Assembly (NCBI GenBank): GCA_025353105.1
Contig: JANXRG010000059.1
Location: 2,383-66,382, forward strand
Length of the DNA: 64,000 nt
Direction: 5' to 3'
DNA from: Verrucomicrobiota bacterium
Lineage (GTDB): Bacteria; Verrucomicrobiota; Verrucomicrobiia; Chthoniobacterales; SZAS-18
Shown piece by piece: positions 39,399 through 48,372 of this stretch (its first letter is position 1; each line of letters begins with the position of its first letter). Made by a program: the position numbers and the translations under genes. The notes under the pieces were generated by a model that searched no databases, was not told where the DNA came from, and saw only the letters and a program-made list of their open reading frames with translations.

Positions 39399-40664
39399 AT
39401 GATGAAACGCTCCCTCCAATTAGTTCCCGCCTTGGGCTTCGCGATTGCCGCGATGACCTTTGGCGGATGCAACAAGGCCGAAGACAAACCAAAAACGGTC
39501 GAGGCCAAACCCGCGACCCCCGCCGCTTCCGCCCCGGCCCCGGCGCCTGTGGCAGCTGAACCGATTAAGATCGGTGTGATCGGGCCGTACACGGGAGGTT
39601 CTTCGCCCATGGGCCTTTCCATGCGTGACGGTGTGCGCCTTGCGGCCAAAGAAATCAACGCCAATGGAGGTGTGCTCGGCAAGAAAATTGAGCTCATCGA
39701 ACGCGATGATCAGGCAACCAACGAACGCGGCGCGCAGGTCACGCAGGAATTGATCGCCAGCCAAAAGGTGTCGGCCATTCTCGGCTTCATCAACACGGGC
39801 GTGGCGAAAGCTTCCGTGCGCTATCCGGTTGAGGGGAAAATTCCCACCATCATCAACGTGGCCACCGGAATCATTGTTAACGAGTACTTCAAGGATGCCG
39901 AAGGCAAGCCGCAGGAGAATTACCTGTTTTCGATGAGCGCGAACGATACCATCCAGTCTGATCTGATCGTCTCCGAGTTTGTCGACAAAAAGGGCTACAA
40001 GAAGATCGCCATCCTGGCGGACGACACCAACTACGGGCAGAGTGGTCGTGAATTCGTGGAGAACGAGCTGAAGAAGCGCGACATCACGGCGGTCTACGTT
40101 GGCAAATTCAAGATTAAGGACACGGACATGACGCCGCAGTTGCAGGAGGCCAAAGCGGCCGGCGCCGAAGCTCTGATCGTGTTCGGCATCGGGCCGGAGA
40201 ACGCCCAGATCGCGAACGGCCGCGCCAAACTCGGCTGGATGGTTCCGATGATTGGCTCGTGGACGATGTCGATGTCGAACTTCATCGACAATGCCACCGT
40301 GAATGGTGAGGGCGTCATGATGCCGCAGAGCTTCATTCAGGATTCCGCCAAGACGGATCGGCAGAAAAAGTTCGTCGCTGAGTATTTGAAGGAATTCAAA
40401 CCACAAGATGATCGCATTCCCGTCGCGGTGGCGGCGGCCCAGGGTTACGATTCCATGTACGTCATGGCCGGGGCAATCAAGGAAGCGGGCAGCACCGACG
40501 GCACGAAGGTACGTGACGCCTTGTGCGACCTGAAGAATCCGTATTCCGGAGTCGTGATGACGTACAACAAGCCGTTCAGCGCGACGAACCACATCGCCCT
40601 CCGCAAGGCGGACGTCGGTCTCGGAATGGTGAAGGCTGGCCGCGTCGCTCCGGCGAACCCGTAA
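39399..40664 (+). CDS. Periplasmic binding lipoprotein, LivJ/Peripla_BP_6 type, with no transporter partner genes nearby
   Basis: Lipobox TFGGC, then IKIGVIGPYTGGSSPMG and ILADDTNYGQSG, typical of branched-chain/amide binding proteins. Start trimmed to ATG 39399. Confidence 0.8.
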   Translation: MMKRSLQLVPALGFAIAAMTFGGCNKAEDKPKTVEAKPATPAASAPAPAPVAAEPIKIGVIGPYTGGSSPMGLSMRDGVRLAAKEINANGGVLGKKIELIERDDQATNERGAQVTQELIASQKVSAILGFINTGVAKASVRYPVEGKIPTIINVATGIIVNEYFKDAEGKPQENYLFSMSANDTIQSDLIVSEFVDKKGYKKIAILADDTNYGQSGREFVENELKKRDITAVYVGKFKIKDTDMTPQLQEAKAAGAEALIVFGIGPENAQIANGRAKLGWMVPMIGSWTMSMSNFIDNATVNGEGVMMPQSFIQDSAKTDRQKKFVAEYLKEFKPQDDRIPVAVAAAQGYDSMYVMAGAIKEAGSTDGTKVRDALCDLKNPYSGVVMTYNKPFSATNHIALRKADVGLGMVKAGRVAPANP

Positions 40665-40702
40665 TTCCGACCGGGCCTCTGATGGCCCGACTCAATTCCA
40701 GG

Positions 40703-40738
40703 CCCCGGTGGATAAACTCCGCCGGGGTCTTTTTGTTT
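40703..40738 (+). terminator. Rho-independent terminator of the binding-protein gene
   Basis: CCCCGGTGG / CCGCCGGGG stem (one G-U pair), 7-nt loop, then TCTTTTTGTTT. Confidence 0.75.
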
Positions 40739-40895
40739 AAAGCGTGAGTTGCCGTCCGCTGTGATCCTGGCCGCAGCGCAGGCGCGGAATTTCGAAACCA
40801 GAATGGCGAAGCCTGAACGATTGGCGAAATCCAAATGACGAAACGTCGCGCAATTTCACGCTCCCTCGGGATTCGTCAGGCGGAGCGAAGCGACG

Positions 40896-42470
40896 CTACA
40901 CCCCGAGCTGCTCGTAGGCAGGCAAAGTAAGGAACTCCTCGAAGCGGTCCGCCAGCACGAGCTTGTCGAGCAGGTCGGCGGCCTTGCCGATCTGACCTTT
41001 CTCGCGGCCGCCGAGCTTGGCGATTTCCTCGTCGAGGATCTGGGCGTACATCTCGCGCGTGATGGCGCGTCCGTCGTCGAGCTTCGCGCCGCGATGAATC
41101 CACTGCCACAACTGCGCGCGGGAAATTTCCGCCGTGGCCGCGTCCTCCATGAGGTTGAAGATGGCTACGGCGCCGTTGCCGCGGAACCACGCCTCGATGT
41201 ATTGCAGGCCGACGCTGACGTTGTTGCGAAACCCATTCTCCGAGATCTTACCGCCGGGAATCGCGAGGTCGCTGATTTGTTCGGGTTGGATGCTCACGTC
41301 GAGGCGCAGCTTCTCCTTTTGGTTCGGACGGTCGCCAAGCACTTCGTCGAAGCAGCGCGTGGCGAGTTCCACGAGGTCGGGGTGCGCCACCCAGGTGCCG
41401 TCGAAGCCGTCGTTCGATTCGCGTTTCTTGTCCGCCTCGACCTGTGCCATGGCGCGGTCGTTGACCTCCTTGTCGCGACGGCTGGGGATGAAGGCCGACA
41501 TCCCTCCCATCGCGTGCGCCCCGCGCGTGTGGCAGGTCTTTACCAGCAATTCCGTATAGGCGCGCATGAATGGCACCGTCATCGTGATCATGCTGCGATC
41601 CGGTAGCGTGAGGTCCGTGCGCCAGGACGTCTTCTTGATCGCGCTGAAGATGTAATCCCAGCGGCCGGCATTCAAGCCGGACGAATGCTCGCGCAATTCA
41701 TAGAGGAATTCCTCCATCTCGTACGCGGCCGGCAGCGTCTCAATCAGGCAGGTCGCGCGGATCGTGCCGCGCGGGAGGCCGAGATATTCCTGCGCGTAGT
41801 TGAACACCTCGTTCCACAGCCGCGCCTCGAGGTGGCTCTCCATCTTGGGCAGGTAGAAATACGGACCCGACCCCCGCGCGAGCAGCTCCTTGGCGTTGTG
41901 GAAAAAGTAGAGGCCGAAGTCAAAGAGGCTGCCGGACATCACCCCGCCGTCGAGGGTGACGTGACGCTCATGAAGATGCCATCCGCGCGGGCGCACAAGC
42001 AACACCGCCGTCTTGTCCTTGAGCCGGTATTGCTTGCCCTCGGGGCTGTCGAACTGGACCGTCCGACGCACGCCCTGCATCAGGGTGACCTGGCCCATGA
42101 TGCAATTCTCCCAGGTCGGCGACAGCGAATCCTCCAAGTCGGCCATGAAGCAACGCGCGCCGGAATTCAACGCGTTGATCATCATCTTCGGCTCGGACGG
42201 ACCCGTGATCTCGACGCGACGATCCTGCAGGTCGGCCGGCGTTGACGCGACTTTCCACTCGCCTTCGCGCACCGATTTGGTTTCGGCCAAAAACGTGAGC
42301 GGCTCGCCCGCGGCCAGCCGCTTGGCCCGTTCGGCACGTTTGGCGAGAAGCTCCTGGCGGCGCGGATTGAAGCGGGTCTGCAATTCCACGAGGAAGGCTT
42401 GCGCCTCGGGCGTTAGAACTTGATCGAGGCCGGGCACACTGCGATCGAGAATGGTCAATATCTTGGACAT
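40896..42470 (-). CDS. aceB: Malate synthase A
   Basis: 524 aa. [17 protein letters not shown] and YFYLPKMES motifs of malate synthase A. Confidence 0.9.
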   Translation of the reverse strand: MSKILTILDRSVPGLDQVLTPEAQAFLVELQTRFNPRRQELLAKRAERAKRLAAGEPLTFLAETKSVREGEWKVASTPADLQDRRVEITGPSEPKMMINALNSGARCFMADLEDSLSPTWENCIMGQVTLMQGVRRTVQFDSPEGKQYRLKDKTAVLLVRPRGWHLHERHVTLDGGVMSGSLFDFGLYFFHNAKELLARGSGPYFYLPKMESHLEARLWNEVFNYAQEYLGLPRGTIRATCLIETLPAAYEMEEFLYELREHSSGLNAGRWDYIFSAIKKTSWRTDLTLPDRSMITMTVPFMRAYTELLVKTCHTRGAHAMGGMSAFIPSRRDKEVNDRAMAQVEADKKRESNDGFDGTWVAHPDLVELATRCFDEVLGDRPNQKEKLRLDVSIQPEQISDLAIPGGKISENGFRNNVSVGLQYIEAWFRGNGAVAIFNLMEDAATAEISRAQLWQWIHRGAKLDDGRAITREMYAQILDEEIAKLGGREKGQIGKAADLLDKLVLADRFEEFLTLPAYEQLGV

Positions 42471-42586
42471 GAAGCGGGAGGATTGGGGTGGGCGGGCGGG
42501 GTCAGAAACAGCATGACCGGGAGCGCCAGATTAACCACGCAAAGCCGATCTGACGCAAGTTTCTTTTTTCGACAGGCGAGATGAAG

Positions 42587-42603
42587 TTTCCGTATGATGG
42601 AAA
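42587..42603. promoter_or_regulatory. TTTCC-N7-GGAAA box upstream of aceB
   Basis: GAAGTTTCCGTATGATGGAAATAT, 117-133 nt upstream of the aceB ATG. Same half-sites, spacing and TGGAAATAT flank as the box at 30173-30191. Confidence 0.45.
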
Positions 42604-42635
42604 TATCGTTTTACCGCCTGCGTCCGCACGACGTC

Positions 42636-43440
42636 TCATTGCGCCAGTACGCGGTAGAAGAACCCGGGGCCGTTCGCGTCGGGATCGACGAGGCGCAACC
42701 GCCGATCCTTCCTCCACCACCGTGGCGCCGTTGACGGGGAGCCAGGTGCCGTAGGTCGTGAGTCCGGTGGAATGGTAGAGGGTGTAGGTCGTGACACCCG
42801 ACGTCTTGGCCACGCGCACGGTGGCTTGCGGACCGCTCAGGTCCATGCTCTGCACGGCGGGCGCCGTCAGGGTACCCTGGTACTTTGTCATCTCAAGTTT
42901 GAGACCGTGATAGCTGGCGAGCTGCGTGGCGTTCAGGGTCGCGATCGGCAGATTGTTCTGCTCATCGGGATCGACATTCAACTCGTAGAATTCCTCGTGT
43001 CTGTCCGCGAATTCGATCAACTTGAAGTCCGGAGCCTCACGCAGGGTCTGGCCCGACGCGGCCGCGGTGAGCGTGCCGCCGAATTGTTGACTGAAGGCGA
43101 AGCGGGCGGTGTCGGCCTTGTTCTGGAGAAGCGGGAGAAGGCTCTTCGCATCGACGTTATTCGCGGCCGGCGGCGTGGCGGTGGCGTTGATTCCGGCGAG
43201 ATCCAGGATGGTCGCGTATAGATCCACCAGGCCGACCAGCGCCGTGCTGTCGCGGTTCGGGTTCACGACGCCGGCGCCGGCGATGATCAGCGGAACGCGC
43301 GTGCCGCATTCATTGAGTGAGTCCTTGGCGTGGGCGCTGGTGTACGGGGTCTGAATGACCTGAGGCGGCGTGCCATTGTCGCCCACAAAAATGACCGTCG
43401 TGTGCGCCAGATCGACGACCGCGAGGCCGTCAAACCAGCT
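42636..43440 (-). pseudogene. Sulfatase remnant: 5'-truncated and frameshifted near the 3' end
   Basis: ...HTTVIFVGDNGTPP...ECGTRVPLIIAG...LVDLYATILDLAG is the C-terminal half of a sulfatase catalytic domain, and nothing N-terminal is present. The frame is closed by the stop of the upstream PRTase gene at 43489. Around 42700 the plausible ending ...RLRLVDPDANGPGFFYRVLAQ* is in another frame. Confidence 0.65.
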
Positions 43441-43488
43441 GAAAGCGGGGGAAGTTGCGCGAATCGTTGCGCTCCGAAGCGACGCCGT

Positions 43489-44115
43489 TTATCCCGGCGT
43501 TCGTCGCATCCCCGGATCCTCAAGGGGAATTCCGGCGAGGCAAAGCGGGCAGTGCGGCGGCTCCCAAAGATCATTCGGCAGCGACGCGATGGCCTCGAGC
43601 GGGATGCCGCATGTCGCGGCCTGGCGCGCGGCGGCAGGGCCGAGGACGAGCAGAGCGCCGATCGCCACCGGGGTTGCGTCGCAGGCGACGAGGTCAGTGA
43701 ATGTGCCCTGCACGGCAGAACCAGCGTTGATGACGTCGTTCACGATGGCAATGCGCCGTCCGGCGATCATCCCGCGCAGCGCTGGTGGAATGTGATACTC
43801 AACGGGGAAAAGTGATTCGCGATCGCCCCTCTCGAAACGTTCGCCGTAGACGAAGTCGACGTTTAGTTCCTCAGCGACCATGAGCCCCATGAACGCGCCT
43901 TCGACCAGGGGGCCGCACACGGCGTCCGGCTTGAAAACGCGAATTCGCGCAGCCAACGCGACCGCGAATATCCGCACCAGTCCCGGTCGGAGAAACACGC
44001 GTTCCAAATCCAGCCATCGATTCCCGTGATGTCCCGATTCGAACCGGAAGTGTCCGCTTCTCGAGGAAAACAAGCGCCACAACTCGCGAGCTGCCTGGTC
44101 GTCACGGTTAGTCAT
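43489..44115 (-). CDS. Phosphoribosyltransferase (PyrE-like type I PRTase fold), function unknown
   Basis: FRFESGHHG... and the PRPP loop RIAIVNDVINAGSAV. C-terminal CPLC. Confidence 0.7.
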   Translation of the reverse strand: MTNRDDQAARELWRLFSSRSGHFRFESGHHGNRWLDLERVFLRPGLVRIFAVALAARIRVFKPDAVCGPLVEGAFMGLMVAEELNVDFVYGERFERGDRESLFPVEYHIPPALRGMIAGRRIAIVNDVINAGSAVQGTFTDLVACDATPVAIGALLVLGPAAARQAATCGIPLEAIASLPNDLWEPPHCPLCLAGIPLEDPGMRRTPG

Positions 44116-44131
44116 TCGGAACGGAGCGACG

Positions 44132-44605
44132 TCACTTGTATCCGCGCTCGGAGTCGAGCACGCAGGTCATGAGTCGGCGCCCAAGAAACGAGTATCCAGC
44201 CCTTTCGTAGAGCGCCACAGCCCGGGGATTCGTCTCTTCCGCCTCGAGCAGCACGGCATAGACGCCGCCATCGCGACAAAAGCGCTCGATGAAGGCGAGC
44301 ACCTTGTTCCCGAGCCCGCGCCCGCGGCCCGTGACCCCGATGAAGAACTCGTCGATGAACGCGGTCCGTCCGCCGAACTCAAGGCTGAAGGAGAACGCGA
44401 GCAGGACGTATCCCACCACCTCCGACGAATCCAGAACGAGGAAGATCCGCCCGAGCTGCGGTTGTGCGAGCAAGCCAAGCACGTCCGCGCGTTTCTGCGG
44501 CGCCGAGAAGCGATACTTGAAATGCTCGCAGAACGCGCCGAGTAACGGCATCAGACGTTCGACGTCCGCAACGCTGGCTTCCCGACAGATTTCAGAGTTC
44601 ATCAA
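44132..44605 (-). CDS. GNAT-family N-acetyltransferase
   Basis: Acetyl-CoA motif IGVTGRGRGLGNKVL and C-terminal NPRAVALYERAGY. Confidence 0.85.
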   Translation of the reverse strand: MMNSEICREASVADVERLMPLLGAFCEHFKYRFSAPQKRADVLGLLAQPQLGRIFLVLDSSEVVGYVLLAFSFSLEFGGRTAFIDEFFIGVTGRGRGLGNKVLAFIERFCRDGGVYAVLLEAEETNPRAVALYERAGYSFLGRRLMTCVLDSERGYK

Positions 44606-44734
44606 TTCGTGGAACGCGTCCCGGCCGTGACGGTAAGAGGTGTCATCGCGTCAGCCCAACCTCTTGCAGATATCGCAGCGCGCCCCTGCTAGGATCCCGT
44701 TCACCTTTCGTCATTCGGAGCGCAACGACGCCCG

Positions 44735-45139
44735 TCAGACTGCCCTTCGCCGACGCCGCTCCATGGCCCAAAGTGCAAGGACGGTCAGGACGTCACTCGT
44801 GATGTGCGTCGTGCGGACGGAATCAATCGATGCCGGTGTCAGGGTAGACTCAAGCGTGGCCTTCACGTCGATCGCGCCCGGGGCGACGGCGGTGGTCGTG
44901 CGCTTGATCGCATCAAGCGCCGCCAGTCGCTGCATGGTCGTGTCCTGGATGGCGTCGAGGTTCTTGTACGCAAAAATACAAAACAGGACCGTCACGAGCA
45001 TGGTAGTGAAAAAGTCGCGCTGCTGTCGTTGGGCGGAGAACGCGAGCAGCCCACCGACAATGACGACGTATAGGGTCCAATACCACTGGGCGGCGTTGGA
45101 CCTTTCAAAAAAGAGTTGAATGAGTTCGTTGTAGTTCAT
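44735..45139 (-). CDS. Hypothetical membrane protein (134 aa)
   Basis: Two clear TM segments (WYWTLYVVIVGGLLAF, FFTTMLVTVLFCIFAY). Confidence 0.6.
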   Translation of the reverse strand: MNYNELIQLFFERSNAAQWYWTLYVVIVGGLLAFSAQRQQRDFFTTMLVTVLFCIFAYKNLDAIQDTTMQRLAALDAIKRTTTAVAPGAIDVKATLESTLTPASIDSVRTTHITSDVLTVLALWAMERRRRRAV

Positions 45140-45230
45140 GGGATGATTTGATCTTGGCGAAAAATCATCTTCCTAAACACCGCGCCCGGGGGCAATGCGA
45201 GTTTTTTCCGACGCGGAGTCTCAGCGCGTC

Positions 45231-45791
45231 TCACTTCACCGGGTTCGTACACCCGGGATACTTCGCGGCCAGCTTGCGGACGGTGTTTGCATTTCGAAAG
45301 GTGGCCGGAACACCGAGAATTTTCTCGAGGAGGCCGCCGGAAAACTTCGAGTCACTGAATTTCGTGCGACACAACCAGTAGACTTCACGCGCGTGCACGT
45401 GGAAATCATCGAACGCGGATCGCTGGGACATCAACTTCTGGCGTGCCTTCGGTTTCAACGGGGCAGCTAAAAAGCCGATGTACGTGCCTACGCTCTCGGC
45501 CGCCAGGTCGCCGACCGGGAATGCCTGGTGCCTCGCGATGGCCGCCAGTTCGGCGTCCGAACGAAGGAATGTGGCGACCTCATAACCAAGTTCGCGGTGA
45601 AGGTGCGCCGCTATCCTCTTCTCCAGCGCTTGAGCGTTCTTTGATGCGGACTGGAAGATCACATTTCCGCTGGCGATGAAGGTCTCTACGTCCGACAGGC
45701 CAAGCGAAGCAAAGTGGGCCCGTAGCGCCTCCATCTTCACGACGTGGCCGCCCACGTTGAGGGCGCGTAGAAATGTGATGTATCGCGGCAT
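45231..45791 (-). CDS. DUF1697-family protein
   Basis: MPRYITFLRALNVGGHVVKM...FIASGNVIF is the characteristic DUF1697 N-terminus. Start trimmed to ATG 45791. Confidence 0.8.
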   Translation of the reverse strand: MPRYITFLRALNVGGHVVKMEALRAHFASLGLSDVETFIASGNVIFQSASKNAQALEKRIAAHLHRELGYEVATFLRSDAELAAIARHQAFPVGDLAAESVGTYIGFLAAPLKPKARQKLMSQRSAFDDFHVHAREVYWLCRTKFSDSKFSGGLLEKILGVPATFRNANTVRKLAAKYPGCTNPVK

Positions 45792-45979
45792 CAGGTCGAA
45801 TTCACAGTCAATCGTTTTGCAGTTGCGCAAAGGTCGCGTGAAAGGCACCGCGCCAAAGTGCGACCCGTGGGGCGGAGATCAAGCCGTACGGACCGCCGTT
45901 TGTCGAGCCGCGCCGGCTCGGCTGAAGGTTCCCTCGTCGGCCGAAATAGGACATAATACGAAGAAATGTAAAGGTTACT

Positions 45980-45992
45980 TGACATCATGTCA
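45980..45992. promoter_or_regulatory. Palindrome TGACAT-C-ATGTCA upstream of the membrane-protein/XRE pair
   Basis: Read directly. It overlaps a TTGACA hexamer (45979-45984). The half-site ATGTCA recurs at the ATG of the first gene (46015-46020). Confidence 0.45.
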
Positions 45993-46014
45993 TGTATAAC
46001 ATACACGTTTCGGC

Positions 46015-46509
46015 ATGTCAACGCAATCAGTAAACCCCATCAGTCTGGAGGAAACCATGTCGCGCCGAGAGAAAAGCGCCTGGATCTGTCTGATCACGAC
46101 GGTCGTGGTCTTTGTCCCGTATTTCACGTACGTCTTCCGCCTGTTCGGGCGCCATGACCATTCGGTCGGTTCCTATATTGGAGCCTTTGTCGCGGCCGTC
46201 TTCTGGCAAATCATTCTTAACGCGGGAGCGCAGATCTACATCACCATTCGCGGCGGGGAGCAACCGAAGGGCGAACGGGATGTCGCGATCGAAGCCAAGG
46301 CTTACCGCAATGCGTACATCGCGCTGGTCAGTCTGGTCTGGACAGTCCCGTTTGTCTCGCTGCCGGTTTCCGCGGACACGGGTCAGTTGGGAGTGCCCCT
46401 GCTGATGGGCCAGTTGTCGCTGGTGAGTCAGCTCGTGCTGCTGAGTTTTGTCCTCGCGGAAGTGGCGAAGTACCTCACCCAGGTCGTGGGCTATCGGCGC
46501 GGGTCTTGA
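46015..46509 (+). CDS. Hypothetical membrane protein (4 TM) partnered with an XRE regulator
   Basis: Four hydrophobic segments. Its stop lies 3 nt before the XRE ATG. ATG 46057 is an alternative start. Confidence 0.65.
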   Translation: MSTQSVNPISLEETMSRREKSAWICLITTVVVFVPYFTYVFRLFGRHDHSVGSYIGAFVAAVFWQIILNAGAQIYITIRGGEQPKGERDVAIEAKAYRNAYIALVSLVWTVPFVSLPVSADTGQLGVPLLMGQLSLVSQLVLLSFVLAEVAKYLTQVVGYRRGS

Positions 46510-46511
46510 TT

Positions 46512-46763
46512 ATGGAACCGGCCAGAATCCGCAACCACATTCGCAGACTGCGTTTTGAATCCGGCGAGATGACGCAGCAAACGCTCGCCGAACAAACGGG
46601 CGTGACGCGTCAGACGATCGTGGCCATCGAAGGCGCCAAGTATTCGCCCTCGCTGGAGATCGCGTTTCGGATCGCCACCGCTTTTCGCAAGCCGCTGGAA
46701 GAGGTCTTTCAATACGACAATGGGTCCGGCGGGGCCGCTCCGACCGACCACGGGCCGATCTAG
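46512..46763 (+). CDS. XRE-family helix-turn-helix transcriptional regulator (short, YozG-like)
   Basis: MTQQTLAEQTGVTRQTIVAIEGAKYSPSLEIAFRIATAF is a canonical HTH_3 core. Confidence 0.85.
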   Translation: MEPARIRNHIRRLRFESGEMTQQTLAEQTGVTRQTIVAIEGAKYSPSLEIAFRIATAFRKPLEEVFQYDNGSGGAAPTDHGPI

Positions 46764-47198
46764 GCGATCGATCCCGGCGCAAAGAATCGACGTACCTTCG
46801 CCCGTGAAAGTTAGACGAGTAAAACGGCGACGATCGGGAAACCAATCACGGCCCTTGGCTCGATGCCGGACGACATTCACGACGTCGCCGATGAGATTGA
46901 CGATGAGCAGGCCGACGCCCAGCCGGTCCCCACCCGTGACCCTGCCAGAATCCGATACCAGCGAAAAGGCAGGCGGGTGACACGACGGCGAGCAACGCAA
47001 TCGTACACGCGCCGAGCGCGAGGAAGCATTCATGGCCAGGGGGATTAATCCGCCACATTGGTTCACGCGGGCTGACGGGATTGAGCAGTGCGAAGGCCGC
47101 CGTTGCGCTTAAGGCCGCGCCCGTCAGGAAAATATGCTGAGCGCGGTCACTCCGATCGGTCGCACGGTAGTGCCCACGGCGTTTGCCTCAATTCTCCG

Positions 47199-47672
47199 TC
47201 AACCCGCACTCCGCAGCTCCTGGTGATACTGGGCGGACCATGGTGCAAAGTTCGGGCAATTGTTGAAGAGATTGGGATTGCGACGCAGGGCCTCCGTGCG
47301 CGCGGCCTGATATCCGGGTGCGTACACGCCGCTGTCGAAGCTGTCGAGTTTCGCCAGCGCACGCCACCGGCTCATGTCGGTCGGGCGCTCGAGCACCAGC
47401 TCGTACGCGGTGCTGGCCATCTCGTAGATGTTGAAAGAGGGCGTGAAGAACGCCAGCGGACCAAGTTTCTTGGTTAGCTCCGTCTCCAGCTTGGAGGTTG
47501 GGGTGTTGAGCACGGACGCAACGAAGAAGGCCTTTTGCGATTCGGTCAGGTTTGTCCCGTACGGCTTGGCCTGATCCGGATTGACGGCCAGTGGATCGCT
47601 GGCGGCGCAACCGGACAACAGGAATACCGTGGCGGACAGGAGGTGGAGTGAACGCATAATCTTGAGACTCAA
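47199..47672 (-). CDS. Hypothetical lipoprotein
   Basis: Lipobox FLLSGC. ATG 47657 is an alternative start. Confidence 0.6.
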   Translation of the reverse strand: MSLKIMRSLHLLSATVFLLSGCAASDPLAVNPDQAKPYGTNLTESQKAFFVASVLNTPTSKLETELTKKLGPLAFFTPSFNIYEMASTAYELVLERPTDMSRWRALAKLDSFDSGVYAPGYQAARTEALRRNPNLFNNCPNFAPWSAQYHQELRSAG

Positions 47673-47975
47673 AACTGAGCGGGGCCCGGGCAGAGATGCA
47701 AGTTGGAATGCGGAATGTTGAATGCGGAATTATTGGAGCGCTGAAGGCGCGTCTGACGGTAGCCGGTGGTGGCAGCCACCGGGTTCCGCCCGGCAAAATT
47801 GTAGAGGCCACGGGGGGCGATGGAAGCAGGGGTCAAAACTGCTGAATGCGGAGCGAACGAATCATGCCAACGCCTGGTTACGGGCTACCCTCGACGCTTC
47901 GAGCGGACGACTTCGATCGCGTTGGATGTTCTCACGCCAAATGTCTTTAGCGCCGAACAGCGCCTGGCTTTTGGA

Positions 47976-48353
47976 TCACCGGTCGAGATGAACTCGTCTC
48001 CGCCGTTGCCCTTTCGCGCGAGCGGCCAACTCGCCCTCGGGGGCGAATGGGATGCGAAGATTCCGCCACTCGTGCGGGCTGAACTGTTCCGGCACCGCGG
48101 TCGTCCGAAACATCGGGCCAGTCATGCCGCTGTGACCGATGAAATGAAGCTCCGCGAGCGCCTGGCCCGCGGCGGAGCAGCGTTTGAGCGCATCGACAAA
48201 ATTCCGTTTGCTTTCCACCGGCGCGAGGACCAACTCCGCCGCAAGCTGCGCCGTCGCTCGCTCGCGCGCCAGCGTCGCGGCCGCGCGCGCGAATTTCGGA
48301 CCGCCTTCACGGTAGAGCGTCGTGTACGCGATCACGATGGCGGGCTTCGTCAT
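47976..48353 (-). CDS. Hypothetical protein (125 aa) downstream of dedA
   Basis: Start trimmed to MTKPAIVIAY (ATG 48353), 19 nt after the dedA stop. Contains HFIGHSGMTG. The Arg-rich tail looks like a possible truncation. Confidence 0.45.
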   Translation of the reverse strand: MTKPAIVIAYTTLYREGGPKFARAAATLARERATAQLAAELVLAPVESKRNFVDALKRCSAAGQALAELHFIGHSGMTGPMFRTTAVPEQFSPHEWRNLRIPFAPEGELAARAKGQRRRRVHLDR

Positions 48354-48372
48354 GCGGACCCGGGGGTAGAAT

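Noticed and set aside
42471-42635. Glycine riboswitch upstream of malate synthase, as known from some marine alphaproteobacteria.
   Set aside because: I could not find the conserved GGAGAG / ACCGAAGGGGCAA-type cores on the minus strand. The only notable feature is the TTTCC-N7-GGAAA box.
43489-44605. PRTase + GNAT as a retron-type or toxin-antitoxin defence pair.
   Set aside because: There is no reverse transcriptase, no msr/msd-like structured region and no small antitoxin ORF (DUF1778/RHH) next to the GNAT. Both proteins look like ordinary metabolic-family members.
46491-47066. ORF 46491..47066 (-) and 46846..47058 (-) as genes in the gap after the XRE gene.
   Set aside because: The first is antisense to the XRE gene for half its length. 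The second begins like a signal peptide or TM segment but degenerates into an Arg-rich tail. At most this is a broken small membrane-protein gene, and it is not supportable as a feature.
47705-47732. Possible CRISPR array among the short tandem repeats.
   Set aside because: The repeat units are 7-8 nt with no unique spacers of 25-40 nt and no cas genes. Nothing in the window has CRISPR architecture.
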